IMG/VR virus record: IMGVR_UViG_2925908680_000001
Origin: a virus
Lineage: Duplodnaviria; Heunggongvirae; Uroviricota; Caudoviricetes
Strand: one strand, 5' to 3'
DNA: 64,000 nt
The notes under the pieces are model-generated. The model did not search any database, was not told where the DNA came from, and saw nothing but the letters and a program-made list of their open reading frames with translations. Positions 28,828-38,008 of this stretch are shown here, in pieces. A program made the position numbers and the translations under genes. Position 1 is the stretch's first letter. Every line of letters starts with the position of its first letter.

Positions 28828-28830
28828 TAA

Positions 28831-29811
28831 GTGGCCCAGGAGTTACAACAATATTTTCTACAGTCAGTGCTCATTAACGATAACAAAGTGCCACGAGACT
28901 GGATTTTTACCGCAGTATATGTAGAAAAAACCAGCCTCAAAGCCCCTTTGCTAAAACTGGAAATTCATGACGCTACCGGCACCGTAATTGATGACTGGAA
29001 AGCCAAATACGGTGCATCGCTGGTGGCTGAAATGGGCGAACCAAACGGTAATGCAGGCACTTTTAAAACAGATTTCTTTGTTACGTCTGCAATGCTGGCT
29101 GGTGATGTTGTTACCGTTATTGCTGTCAGTGAAGACGTGCGCAGGTTTAAGATCCCCTCCCCGCGCACAAATTTACATACCAACAAAACACCAGACGCTA
29201 TATTCAAGGCATATTCCGGCAAGCTTAAAATTACCAGCAGCGTGCTAAAACGCGCAGTTACATATCATCTGAATGCCGGTGACAAACCGTCAAAAATGCT
29301 TTCGGAGATAGCGCGAGACAAAGGTGCATTATGTTGGGTATGCCGGGGGGAATTTAACTTTTACACCCTGGCTGATCTGATGAAGCAAACGCCATCATTT
29401 ACCTACGAGGGGAATAACCCTAAAGCAGAATACACTTTGTCCAAAATGCGCCTACTCCAACAGGAACATGCGACAACAGCAAAGAATCAATATCGTTTTG
29501 TTGGGTATTCCATGACCGATGGCTACGTCGAATATGGCGATAGCTCACTCCCAGTGCGTTATATATCCGACTCTGATATGGAAACTCTTCGCAATATGCA
29601 GCTGTCTCTCGTCCCCAAAATGGATATAGAAGTCGCAGGCAATCCTGATATAAAACCGGGGATGGTGATAGAGATTATCGTATACCGCTATGACCAGGAA
29701 AACCGCATTGATGAATCAATGCCCCGTAAGCTGATAGTAAAAAATGTTGCGCACTTTGAAGACCGCGTAGGCTACACAACACGAATGATATTGGGAGTGC
29801 CGAACAAATGA
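28831..29811 (+). CDS. hypothetical (possibly virion-associated) protein
   Basis: ORF in operon. Confidence 0.45.
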   Translation: MAQELQQYFLQSVLINDNKVPRDWIFTAVYVEKTSLKAPLLKLEIHDATGTVIDDWKAKYGASLVAEMGEPNGNAGTFKTDFFVTSAMLAGDVVTVIAVSEDVRRFKIPSPRTNLHTNKTPDAIFKAYSGKLKITSSVLKRAVTYHLNAGDKPSKMLSEIARDKGALCWVCRGEFNFYTLADLMKQTPSFTYEGNNPKAEYTLSKMRLLQQEHATTAKNQYRFVGYSMTDGYVEYGDSSLPVRYISDSDMETLRNMQLSLVPKMDIEVAGNPDIKPGMVIEIIVYRYDQENRIDESMPRKLIVKNVAHFEDRVGYTTRMILGVPNK

Positions 29812-30461
29812 AGCGTAGAGCGCAAATTGTTGGAACTGTGCACCCGGCAGGGCTTATGCGTGCTCAAGTCCGTGTTTTACCTGACTGGAATGGCGTTCCT
29901 GATGACGATCTACCCTGGGCGGAATACCTGTTACCCATCGGAAACGCTTTTGTACCCACAGTCAAAGGTGACCTGGTCTGGGTAGAGTTTCCTTATTTAG
30001 ATGTTAACGGTCGAATAGACACCAGACGCCCAATGATAGTTGGTGCCGCTCAGGATGCACCGGGTGGAATTCCAAACGTTGCACCAGAAGCATCTGGCAA
30101 AGGCAACGGCTGGACGCCGCCGGAAGTAGATGGAGCACCTCCCCGCCCCCAAATCTCAGCAACGAAAGACTTCGTTATTCACCGCAACAATATTCTTGAA
30201 GTACGAACTGCTGGTGGCGGCTATGAAATTGCCAATACGGCAGCAGGCTCAAGGATTGGCATGAATGAGTCCGGGCAGATATATATCATTGGTCCGGCTG
30301 ATGTAATCGTGAATGCAGGAGGGAGTGTTAACGTCAAATCAGCCAACAACATCAATGTTAATGGGGAAAATATAGCTGTCACCGCTAACGGAGACATAGC
30401 TTTCAAGGCAGGAGGAACCTTTCAGGCCACTGCTGGCAACTTCGATTTCAAGAAAGGATAG
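29808..30461 (+). CDS. baseplate spike/hub-like protein
   Basis: N-terminal region resembles the OB-fold of phage baseplate V/gp5-type proteins; C-terminal G/N-rich repeats suggest a beta-helix. Confidence 0.45.
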   Translation: MKRRAQIVGTVHPAGLMRAQVRVLPDWNGVPDDDLPWAEYLLPIGNAFVPTVKGDLVWVEFPYLDVNGRIDTRRPMIVGAAQDAPGGIPNVAPEASGKGNGWTPPEVDGAPPRPQISATKDFVIHRNNILEVRTAGGGYEIANTAAGSRIGMNESGQIYIIGPADVIVNAGGSVNVKSANNINVNGENIAVTANGDIAFKAGGTFQATAGNFDFKKG

Positions 30462-30520
30462 AAAATGCACCCATTTGTGTTAGATAATTAACATGTATTT
30501 TCTAACACAAATGGTGAGAC

Positions 30521-31426
30521 ATGAGATCAGTCGCTTTCAAAAATATCTTCATCTATCGTCTTTCACGCGAAGTTAGCTGGGATACTGCAGCGGTAAACGC
30601 TGCTCTTGGCAAATTTGTGTTTACCCCATGCGGTTCTCAGGACATGGTTAAAGCTGGTTGGACGCCTGTTCTTGGCAACAACCTCACACATGAATACCAG
30701 GGTTTTCTTCTGATACAGCATAAACGAGAGGAAAAAATCCTACCTTCTCAAGTGCTCAAAGAAGAGTTACAGAAAAAAATCCTGACACTTGAAGAAGAGC
30801 AAGACAGAAAGCTGAAGAAGACCGAAAAAGATTCGCTGAAGGATGAAGTGCTTCACTCTCTTCTTCCTCGTGCTTTCACGAGAAAATCACTCGCCAAAAT
30901 CCTGATCGACCGCAGCAACCATCTGGTATTCGTTGAGGCAAGCAGCGCCAAAAAGGCAGAGGACCAGCTGGCTTTATTGCGAAAATCGCTCGGCAGCCTG
31001 CCTGTCATTCCATTCACACCACGCGAACCGCTGGAAATTACAATGACCGAGTGGTTTAAAAACGGCTTCCCTGCCGGATTTACAGCAGGTGAAGACGCCA
31101 CATTAAAGGGTCTGCTCGATAATGGTGGTGCCGTTCGCTGCAACAAAGTTGATCTACAGTCCGACGAGATTATGTCTCACATTGAGGCGGGGAAAGTAGC
31201 TACGACCGTTGCAATTAACTGGATGGAACGCGCGTCGTTCAGAGTCAACGATGATATGAGTATCAAAGCCCTGACATTCTGTGATGATCTCTATGACCAG
31301 AACGACGATATCGACCGGGAGGATGTAGCACAACGATTTGATGCTGATTTCGTGCTCTTTACGGGCGAATTATCTGCACTGTTTAACGCGCTGGTGGAGG
31401 CCATTGGCGGTGAAGCAGAACGATAA
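30521..31426 (+). CDS. rdgC: recombination-associated protein RdgC homolog
   Basis: Collinear with E. coli RdgC (FKNxxxYRLSRE, FTPCGSQDM, KEEKILPSxV, KKTEKDSLKDEVLHSLLPRAF, LALLRKSLGSLPV). Confidence 0.85.
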   Translation: MRSVAFKNIFIYRLSREVSWDTAAVNAALGKFVFTPCGSQDMVKAGWTPVLGNNLTHEYQGFLLIQHKREEKILPSQVLKEELQKKILTLEEEQDRKLKKTEKDSLKDEVLHSLLPRAFTRKSLAKILIDRSNHLVFVEASSAKKAEDQLALLRKSLGSLPVIPFTPREPLEITMTEWFKNGFPAGFTAGEDATLKGLLDNGGAVRCNKVDLQSDEIMSHIEAGKVATTVAINWMERASFRVNDDMSIKALTFCDDLYDQNDDIDREDVAQRFDADFVLFTGELSALFNALVEAIGGEAER

Positions 31427-32090
31427 TAACCGACAGCTTGTTGTGAGTCTTTGTGATTTTACGGGGGCAATGGTTGCCCCCTGGCTGGAATACGGTGTCG
31501 ATGCCGCTATCGTCGATCCACAGCACTTATCGACCAGTGACGAGCGGATGCAATCAGGTGCCGTTCTGACGCGTATTAGTGCGATCATCGATAGCGATGA
31601 AGTATACGCTTTTCTCCGTAAGAATTTGCAGCGCATCGTGTTTCTGGCCGGGTTCCCACCGTGTACTGACCTGGCTGTTTCCGGCGCGCGCTGGTTTTCG
31701 GACAAGGCTAATAAAGATCCGGTTTTCCAGTTCAAAGCAATGCAGGTTGTCTGGCAGTGTTATGACATTGCAAAGATGATCGGTTGTCCGTACATGATTG
31801 AAAATCCGGTCAGCAAAATATCGACATTCTGGCGTAAGCCAGATCACATCTTTCACCCTTACTTCTTCACTGCATATTGTCAGGAAGATAACTACACCAA
31901 AAAAACATGCCTCTGGAGCGGCCAGGGCTTTGTCATGCCTGATGCCCTAATGGACGAATCATTAGGCAAGCCAGATAACAGAATCCATGCCGCGCCACCA
32001 GGGCCTGACAGGGCTAATTTTCGAAGTGCTACTCCACATGGATTCGCAAAGGCAGTTTTCGAAGCGAATAAGGGGGTGCTCTATGAGTAA
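31410..32090 (+). CDS. short C5-cytosine methyltransferase-like protein
   Basis: PPC-containing motif (FLAGFPPCTDLAVSG) and ENV motif (YMIENPV); start uncertain (GTG at 31410 or a downstream start). Confidence 0.5.
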   Translation: MKQNDNNRQLVVSLCDFTGAMVAPWLEYGVDAAIVDPQHLSTSDERMQSGAVLTRISAIIDSDEVYAFLRKNLQRIVFLAGFPPCTDLAVSGARWFSDKANKDPVFQFKAMQVVWQCYDIAKMIGCPYMIENPVSKISTFWRKPDHIFHPYFFTAYCQEDNYTKKTCLWSGQGFVMPDALMDESLGKPDNRIHAAPPGPDRANFRSATPHGFAKAVFEANKGVLYE

Positions 32091-32988
32091 ATCTATAGCA
32101 AGCATAGCCATAGAAAAACAGGATACGATGGCTGAAATTAGCTATATGCGCACCATTCGGACTCAGGATGAATATGAGCGTCCGATATTCAAATGGGTAG
32201 GTGGTAAATTCTCAGAATTGCCTACAGTGCTTGAGCATCTACCACACGGTAAGCGGTTAATAGAACCATTCGTTGGTGGCGGTTCCGTATTTACGAATGC
32301 AGGATTTCGCCACAACCTGCTTAATGATATTAACGGTGACCTGATTAACTTCTATCAGACATTGCAGCGAGAAGGACATTCGCTTGTCACGCTGTCATAT
32401 AGTTTTTTCCAAAATTACAACAACGCTGACGCTTACCTCGAAGTGCGTGAGGCATTTAACAGAGGAAAGTATGACCAGCTACATCATGCTGCCGCCTTTT
32501 TGTACCTTAATCGGCACTGTTTTAATGGCGTAACGCGGTACAACCAAAATGGCGAGTTCAACGTGGGGTATGGCAAATACAAAGCGCCCTACTTCCCACA
32601 TGCAGAGATGGAGGCATTTTTGGCTGATGACGTACTCAAAAACACGTCCTTTGTATCAGGTGACTTTGCTGGCGTCATCGAGGCGGCTGGTGAAGGCGAT
32701 GTGATTTTTTGCGATCCGCCGTATGAACCGCTGCCGGATACAGAAGGGTTTACCAGTTATTCAGGAAATAGCTTCCGTTTCGACGAACAGAAACGGCTGG
32801 TATCTCTATTGGTGGAAGCCCACCAGCGCGGCGCTAAGGTAGTGATAACAAATAGTGGTGCGCCAAACATCCGTGAACTATATGAAGGAAACGGGTTTAA
32901 AGTACATCATATGGCAGCCAGACGGTCGGTGTCCTGCAAGGCGTCAACACGTGTAGTTGCTAACGATATAATTGCAATAATGAAGTAA
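32083..32988 (+). CDS. dam: DNA adenine methyltransferase (Dam family)
   Basis: KWVGGK, FVGGGSV and DPPY motifs; start ATG overlaps the upstream stop. Confidence 0.85.
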   Translation: MSKSIASIAIEKQDTMAEISYMRTIRTQDEYERPIFKWVGGKFSELPTVLEHLPHGKRLIEPFVGGGSVFTNAGFRHNLLNDINGDLINFYQTLQREGHSLVTLSYSFFQNYNNADAYLEVREAFNRGKYDQLHHAAAFLYLNRHCFNGVTRYNQNGEFNVGYGKYKAPYFPHAEMEAFLADDVLKNTSFVSGDFAGVIEAAGEGDVIFCDPPYEPLPDTEGFTSYSGNSFRFDEQKRLVSLLVEAHQRGAKVVITNSGAPNIRELYEGNGFKVHHMAARRSVSCKASTRVVANDIIAIMK

Positions 32989-33020
32989 AAAACGCCGCAG
33001 TAGCGGCGTTTACTTTTTTA
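32989..33020. terminator. bidirectional rho-independent terminator
   Basis: aacgccgc-agta-gcggcgtt hairpin with T/A runs on both sides, between convergent dam and glnS. Confidence 0.55.
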
Positions 33021-33036
33021 TGTGGCGAAATACCTA

Positions 33037-34698
33037 TTAACCTAACTTCGCCCAGGTATCACGCAGCCCAACGGTGCGGTTAAATACCGGTTTTTCCGCC
33101 GTAGAATGGCGGCTGTCGAGGCAGAAATAACCTTCACGCTCAAACTGGAATGCTTTACCCGCTACCGCTTCTTTCAGCGACGGTTCAGCAAAACCCTGTT
33201 TGATCACCAGCGATTCCGGGTTAATCACCGACAGGAAATCATCCGCAGCACCTGGGTTCGGCACGCTGAACAGACGATCGTACAGGCGGATTTCAACCGG
33301 CAGCGCATGTGCCGCGCTCACCCAGTGAATAACGCCTTTCACTTTACGACCATCTGCCGGATCTTTGCTTAAGGTGTCGGCGTCATAAGTACAGAAGATG
33401 GTGGTGATATTGCCTTCGGCATCTTTCTCCACGCGTTCAGCCTTAATGACGTAAGCATTACGCAGACGCACTTCTTTACCCAGCACCAGACGTTTGTACT
33501 GCTTGTTAGCTTCTTCTCGGAAATCGGCGCGGTCGATCCAAATCTCACCGCTAAACGGCACCTGACGGTTACCCATTTCCGGTTTGTTTGGATGGTTCGG
33601 CATGGTGACCATTTCGCCTTCGCCCTGATAGTTTTCGATGACCAGTTTCACCGGATCGATAACCGCCATTGCGCGCGGCGCATTTTCGTTGAGATCTTCA
33701 CGGATGCAGGATTCCAGCGACGCCATCTCAATGGTGTTGTCCTGCTTGGTCACGCCGATGCGTTTGCAGAACTCACGAATAGAAGCCGCAGTGTAACCAC
33801 GACGACGCAGACCGGAAATGGTCGGCATACGCGGGTCATCCCAGCCTTCAACGTGCTTGTCGGTCACCAGCAGGTTCAGCTTACGCTTGGACATCACAGT
33901 GTATTCCAGATTCAGGCGCGAGAATTCGTACTGGCGCGGGTGAACAGGAATGGTGATGTTGTCCAGCACCCAGTCGTAAAGGCGACGGTTGTCCTGGAAC
34001 TCAAGCGTACACAGAGAGTGCGTAATACCTTCCAGCGCATCGCTGATGCAGTGGGTGAAGTCGTACATCGGGTAGATGCACCACTTGTTGCCAGTCTGGT
34101 GGTGTTCAGCAAACTTAATGCGATACAGCACCGGATCGCGCATCACGATAAACGGCGAAGCCATGTCGATTTTCGCACGCAGGCAGGCTTTACCTTCTTC
34201 AAAACCACCGGCACGCATTTTTTCGAACAGCGCCAGGTTCTCTTCAACGCTGCGATCGCGGTACGGGCTGTTTTTACCCGGCTGCGTCAGGGTGCCGCGG
34301 TATTCGCGGATCTGTTCCGGCGTCAGTTCGTCAACATACGCCAGGCCTTTGTTGATCAGTTCAACAGCATAGGCGTGGAGCTGATCAAAATAATCGGAGG
34401 AGTAACGGATGTTGCCAGACCAGTGAAAACCTAACCATTCAACGTCGTTTTTAATCGACTCGACGTACTCGATATCTTCTTTTACCGGGTTAGTGTCGTC
34501 GAAACGCAGGTTGCACTGGCCTTTATAGTCCTGGGCGATCCCGAAGTTCAGGCAGATAGATTTCGCATGACCAATATGCAGATAGCCATTCGGTTCCGGC
34601 GGGAAACGGGTATGTACTGTGGTGTGCTTACCACTGGCCAGATCTTCATCGATGATCTGACGAATAAAGTTAGTCGGGCGGGCTTCTGCCTCACTCAT
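33037..34698 (-). CDS. glnS: glutaminyl-tRNA synthetase
   Basis: 553-aa translation matches E. coli GlnS from memory with only a handful of substitutions (HIGH and VMSKR motifs present). Confidence 0.95.
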   Translation of the reverse strand: MSEAEARPTNFIRQIIDEDLASGKHTTVHTRFPPEPNGYLHIGHAKSICLNFGIAQDYKGQCNLRFDDTNPVKEDIEYVESIKNDVEWLGFHWSGNIRYSSDYFDQLHAYAVELINKGLAYVDELTPEQIREYRGTLTQPGKNSPYRDRSVEENLALFEKMRAGGFEEGKACLRAKIDMASPFIVMRDPVLYRIKFAEHHQTGNKWCIYPMYDFTHCISDALEGITHSLCTLEFQDNRRLYDWVLDNITIPVHPRQYEFSRLNLEYTVMSKRKLNLLVTDKHVEGWDDPRMPTISGLRRRGYTAASIREFCKRIGVTKQDNTIEMASLESCIREDLNENAPRAMAVIDPVKLVIENYQGEGEMVTMPNHPNKPEMGNRQVPFSGEIWIDRADFREEANKQYKRLVLGKEVRLRNAYVIKAERVEKDAEGNITTIFCTYDADTLSKDPADGRKVKGVIHWVSAAHALPVEIRLYDRLFSVPNPGAADDFLSVINPESLVIKQGFAEPSLKEAVAGKAFQFEREGYFCLDSRHSTAEKPVFNRTVGLRDTWAKLG

Positions 34699-34966
34699 TG
34701 TGGATTCCTCAAAGCGTAAACAACGTATAACAGCGTATGATCTTATAAGCCGAATAGGCTGACAACCACTAGTTGATTAGAAATTGCTTTCTATCGTTAT
34801 TTCAATAATGAGCTTTTTCATTAAGCCCACTTTTGCGCATAAGTAAATTAATGACAAATGGTACACAATTGGAACCAAAAAGGATGTAAAGGTGCACCAA
34901 ATTAGTGGTGTATTGGTGCACCTTTGGTTCAAGACTTTTTAAGTTCTAAAACCAACCTGAAAGACT

Positions 34967-35254
34967 TTATTTTGCTTCCTCAGACTCCGCTAACATGAGG
35001 ATAGCATGGCGGATCATATTCAATTTGCTACGATTATGCTTTTTACTTAACGCATCAAGTACCTGGTACTCGTATTCATTGAAACCAACACGAATAGATT
35101 TAAAATCACGTGGAGCGTCCTTATCGAGCACTTTGTTGTCTTCTGGTTGCTCACCCGGCACCAAATCAGCCTTACTTGCAAAATCCTCAATTCGGCGTTC
35201 AAGATCGGGGTCTTTTACTTCGGGGGCTTTTACCGATTTACGAGGCTTAATCAC
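34967..35254 (-). CDS. small partition DNA-binding protein (ParG/ParB-like)
   Basis: 95-aa ORF immediately downstream of, and overlapping, a ParA-type ATPase gene. Confidence 0.5.
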   Translation of the reverse strand: MIKPRKSVKAPEVKDPDLERRIEDFASKADLVPGEQPEDNKVLDKDAPRDFKSIRVGFNEYEYQVLDALSKKHNRSKLNMIRHAILMLAESEEAK

Positions 35255-35888
35255 TTAATAACTCCTTAACCAACATCTGGATTTCACCTTTAGCTTTCCC
35301 GTTGTCCATCTCAACAACGCCCTTCCCTTCAGCCATGCAATCGCGGTAAACCTTACGATCACGAATGATGGTTTTCAGCAACTTCAGTTGCGGATATTCA
35401 GCCAGGTACTCTTTGGCCTCATTGGTTTCATTCACAACCGGATTGGATGGGGCCATTGTTAAGACTGCGAACGCCTTAATGCTAGGATTAGGCATCAGGT
35501 CCAAAGCCTCTTCAAACACTTCAACAAAGTGTGCCAGCGTGTCTAAATCTGGTTGAGATGGTCTGAATGGGACCAACACAATATCTGCAGCGGTTATGCC
35601 TGTACGCATCTCTTTGCTATCGCGCCCGGCTGTATCAACAACTACAAATTCATAACGCTTATCCAGATCGAGAAGTGTTTCTCGAATATTACCAAACTTC
35701 TGGACACAATGAATTACAGGAGAAACCTCTGCCGTGTTACGGTCAGCGGCCCAGCGGGCAGCTGTTCCTTGCTTGTCTGCATCTAGTAACACTACATCCT
35801 TATTTTCGCGGGCAAGCTCCGCACAGATGTTTACGCTTGTGGTTGATTTTCCACAGCCACCTTTTTGGCTGACTACCAATATAATCAT
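35247..35888 (-). CDS. parA: ParA/ParF-type partition ATPase
   Basis: Deviant Walker A (KGGCGKST) and ParA family layout. Confidence 0.85.
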   Translation of the reverse strand: MIILVVSQKGGCGKSTTSVNICAELARENKDVVLLDADKQGTAARWAADRNTAEVSPVIHCVQKFGNIRETLLDLDKRYEFVVVDTAGRDSKEMRTGITAADIVLVPFRPSQPDLDTLAHFVEVFEEALDLMPNPSIKAFAVLTMAPSNPVVNETNEAKEYLAEYPQLKLLKTIIRDRKVYRDCMAEGKGVVEMDNGKAKGEIQMLVKELLSD

Positions 35889-35889
35889 A

Positions 35890-36170
35890 TCCGTTCCTCG
35901 GTGTTATTTTGGTATCAAACTGGTTCCAAACAGAAGCCTTATTGATGCGGTTTTGGCTCTATAGTGGAGTCATTATGCTTTGCAAAAGTATAACACTAAT
36001 CATTCTAAATTTGCCCTCTGTTGCATCCTGTTTAACACGAAATCAGCACTAAATTGGAACCAGATACAAAGCAGCACCATAACAACACCGTTTTGGTACT
36101 AAAAGAGCACCAAACTAGAATCATAACGGTATAAAAAAGGCTGCAAATTGCAGCCTTTGAAGATGTAGAT
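35890..36170. repeat. centromere-like repeat region (TTGGTAC / TGGTTCCAAA / GGTGCACC motifs)
   Basis: Multiple direct and inverted short repeats upstream of parA; related motifs also at about 34860-34930. Confidence 0.35.
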
Positions 36171-36173
36171 TGG

Positions 36174-36545
36174 TTAATCAGGGAGTGAGTTTGCCAAATT
36201 CTGAGCAGAGCGGCTTTTCGGAACGCCTGGTTTTTTTACATCCTCTGAGACAGAGGTTTTTCCTTCAGTAGGTTCCCGAACTTCATGCGAAATTTCAAGA
36301 AACGAAACCAGCATTTTTCTGATCACTTCAGAGCTATTATCACCGGATAAAAGCGATGCCAACATGGGAGGTAATCTGCTATCAACCTCGCCAAGAGCGA
36401 TACCTGCAAGCATCGCAGTGCGCACCATATCATTGCGATCACTTAATGGATGGGCCTCAATTTTTGCCACAGCATATTGCTCACTGGCGTAAGCGTTAAG
36501 ATCTGAACGAAGATAAAACATTATTTTTCGACGTTCTTTAGACAT
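36174..36545 (-). CDS. ParR/StbB-like partition adaptor
   Basis: Small ORF immediately downstream of the actin-like ATPase gene. Confidence 0.5.
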   Translation of the reverse strand: MSKERRKIMFYLRSDLNAYASEQYAVAKIEAHPLSDRNDMVRTAMLAGIALGEVDSRLPPMLASLLSGDNSSEVIRKMLVSFLEISHEVREPTEGKTSVSEDVKKPGVPKSRSAQNLANSLPD

Positions 36546-36555
36546 GGCAACCTCA

Positions 36556-37515
36556 TCAACCGATAGATTTTAGACCATATACAAGAGCAAGTTGTGGATC
36601 ATCAGCAACGAAAAACCTATCGTCACGAATGTTTACCTGCTCACGGATAGCATCAGCAACAAGCGGCGCGCCGCCACCAATTACCATAACATGTGTGTAT
36701 CCTTTGAAATCACTGATCACATCCAGTACGCGTGTACGGAGTCGCTCTATGCTTGACGAAATGGCTTTCTTAACATCATCAATAGCAGACGGATCGTTAA
36801 TATTGTCGGTCAGATAATCCTCATCATCTCGATTAATGATTAATTGATCGACGTTATAATTAGAGGTTTCGGTATTAGCTTTTGCAAGTGCCTGTCTGAC
36901 CTCTTTAGTTACCAGCGAAACGCCGAGATTAGAATCGCCAAATACGCGAGAAACGGCGGTCATTTGCCCGGCAACCATCGACACATCCAGAGTAGTCCCG
37001 CCAAGATCAACAATAAGCACAGAATGCGCTGGCACAAGGCTGTCGCACAGACCGATCCCTGCGGGTATTGACTCCGGGCGCACAGTCACTTTTTTGATAG
37101 TAAAAACCTGACCTTTGTTAAGGGTGACTGGTCGCATCAGGCTGGCCTTTTTCCGCTCAATATTTTTCATGTTGTATTGTGCGTCGTCGTCATAAAACTC
37201 TGCCAGTGGCAACGTGACTACTATTTCCACTTCTTGAGGCTCAATGCCACTTGTAAGCAGGGCATGATGAACAGCAAGCACATTAAGCGGGCTGTATTGC
37301 CATTCAACGTTATTCGTTGGCAGAACATCCGGCGAGATCAAGTCATATGAATATTTTTCGTCATCAATGATGTAGTTAAACGTTTTTCCTGCGCCAAATG
37401 TGGCGGACCATCCACGTTTAAAACTGTTCGGGCAGATATGGGTTCGAGTTTCCCCGTCTTGTTCCCACAGCATTTTGATATTGGTAGAACCATCGTCGAT
37501 AAAAATGCGCATCAT
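36556..37515 (-). CDS. parM: ParM/StbA actin-like segregation ATPase
   Basis: Actin-fold motifs (IFIDDGSTNIK, VLIVDLGGTTLD, VMVIGGGA); start taken at the internal MMRIF. Confidence 0.85.
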   Translation of the reverse strand: MMRIFIDDGSTNIKMLWEQDGETRTHICPNSFKRGWSATFGAGKTFNYIIDDEKYSYDLISPDVLPTNNVEWQYSPLNVLAVHHALLTSGIEPQEVEIVVTLPLAEFYDDDAQYNMKNIERKKASLMRPVTLNKGQVFTIKKVTVRPESIPAGIGLCDSLVPAHSVLIVDLGGTTLDVSMVAGQMTAVSRVFGDSNLGVSLVTKEVRQALAKANTETSNYNVDQLIINRDDEDYLTDNINDPSAIDDVKKAISSSIERLRTRVLDVISDFKGYTHVMVIGGGAPLVADAIREQVNIRDDRFFVADDPQLALVYGLKSIG

Positions 37516-37610
37516 ATTGCTCCACTTCTGAGACACATTTGAGAAAGAATTGAATCTTATATGAGAAAACAAAATAAAACCAGAAGTTGAGAGAGCAAAA
37601 AGCACCAGAT

Positions 37611-37666
37611 TTGAGACAAACCAGAGACAAACTAGAGACACACTAGAGACAAGTATGAGAAACAAG
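37611..37666. repeat. parC-like iterated repeats
   Basis: Four to five tandem copies of about 11 bp (ccagagacaaa, ctagagacaca, ctagagacaag) upstream of parM. Confidence 0.5.
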
Positions 37667-37723
37667 AAATCTTAAGAGTGAAAATCACAAAGTGGAGAAG
37701 ATTTAAGAAAAAGGAGGTGTTAG

Positions 37724-38008
37724 ATGAGTGCAATAGCGACCTGTGACACAGTTTGTTCCGGTCATGGAGGATTCCCTCCGCGACCTGTAGCAGAAACAGT
37801 TTCCTGGTTTACCGTAAATGGAAAGCCAGTTGTTGTAGATGGTGCCATGTTTCCCAGTCACACTGACGGTAACAGTGCACATCCAGGGGCAGCTGTATCG
37901 ACGCGAGTATGGTTTTCGATAGGTGGAAAGGGAGTTGTCTGTGTAGGCGATCCGCTTTCTTGTGGTTCTGTTATCGCCAACGGCGAGGATATTTTTCAGG
38001 TTGCATAA
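37724..38008 (+). CDS. PAAR-like domain protein, 94 aa
   Basis: Gly/Cys-rich small protein with PAAR-like spacing (CSGHGG, GDPLSCGSV). Confidence 0.45.
   Translation: MSAIATCDTVCSGHGGFPPRPVAETVSWFTVNGKPVVVDGAMFPSHTDGNSAHPGAAVSTRVWFSIGGKGVVCVGDPLSCGSVIANGEDIFQVA

Noticed and set aside
33592-34434. 280-aa plus-strand ORF inside glnS
   Set aside because: Antisense to a near-identical copy of a known gene; no independent support.
33037-34698. glnS as evidence that the window is chromosomal
   Set aside because: The gene is flanked on both sides, within a few hundred bp, by phage-plasmid functions (dam, partition), so it is more likely captured cargo. A chimeric assembly cannot be excluded from sequence alone.
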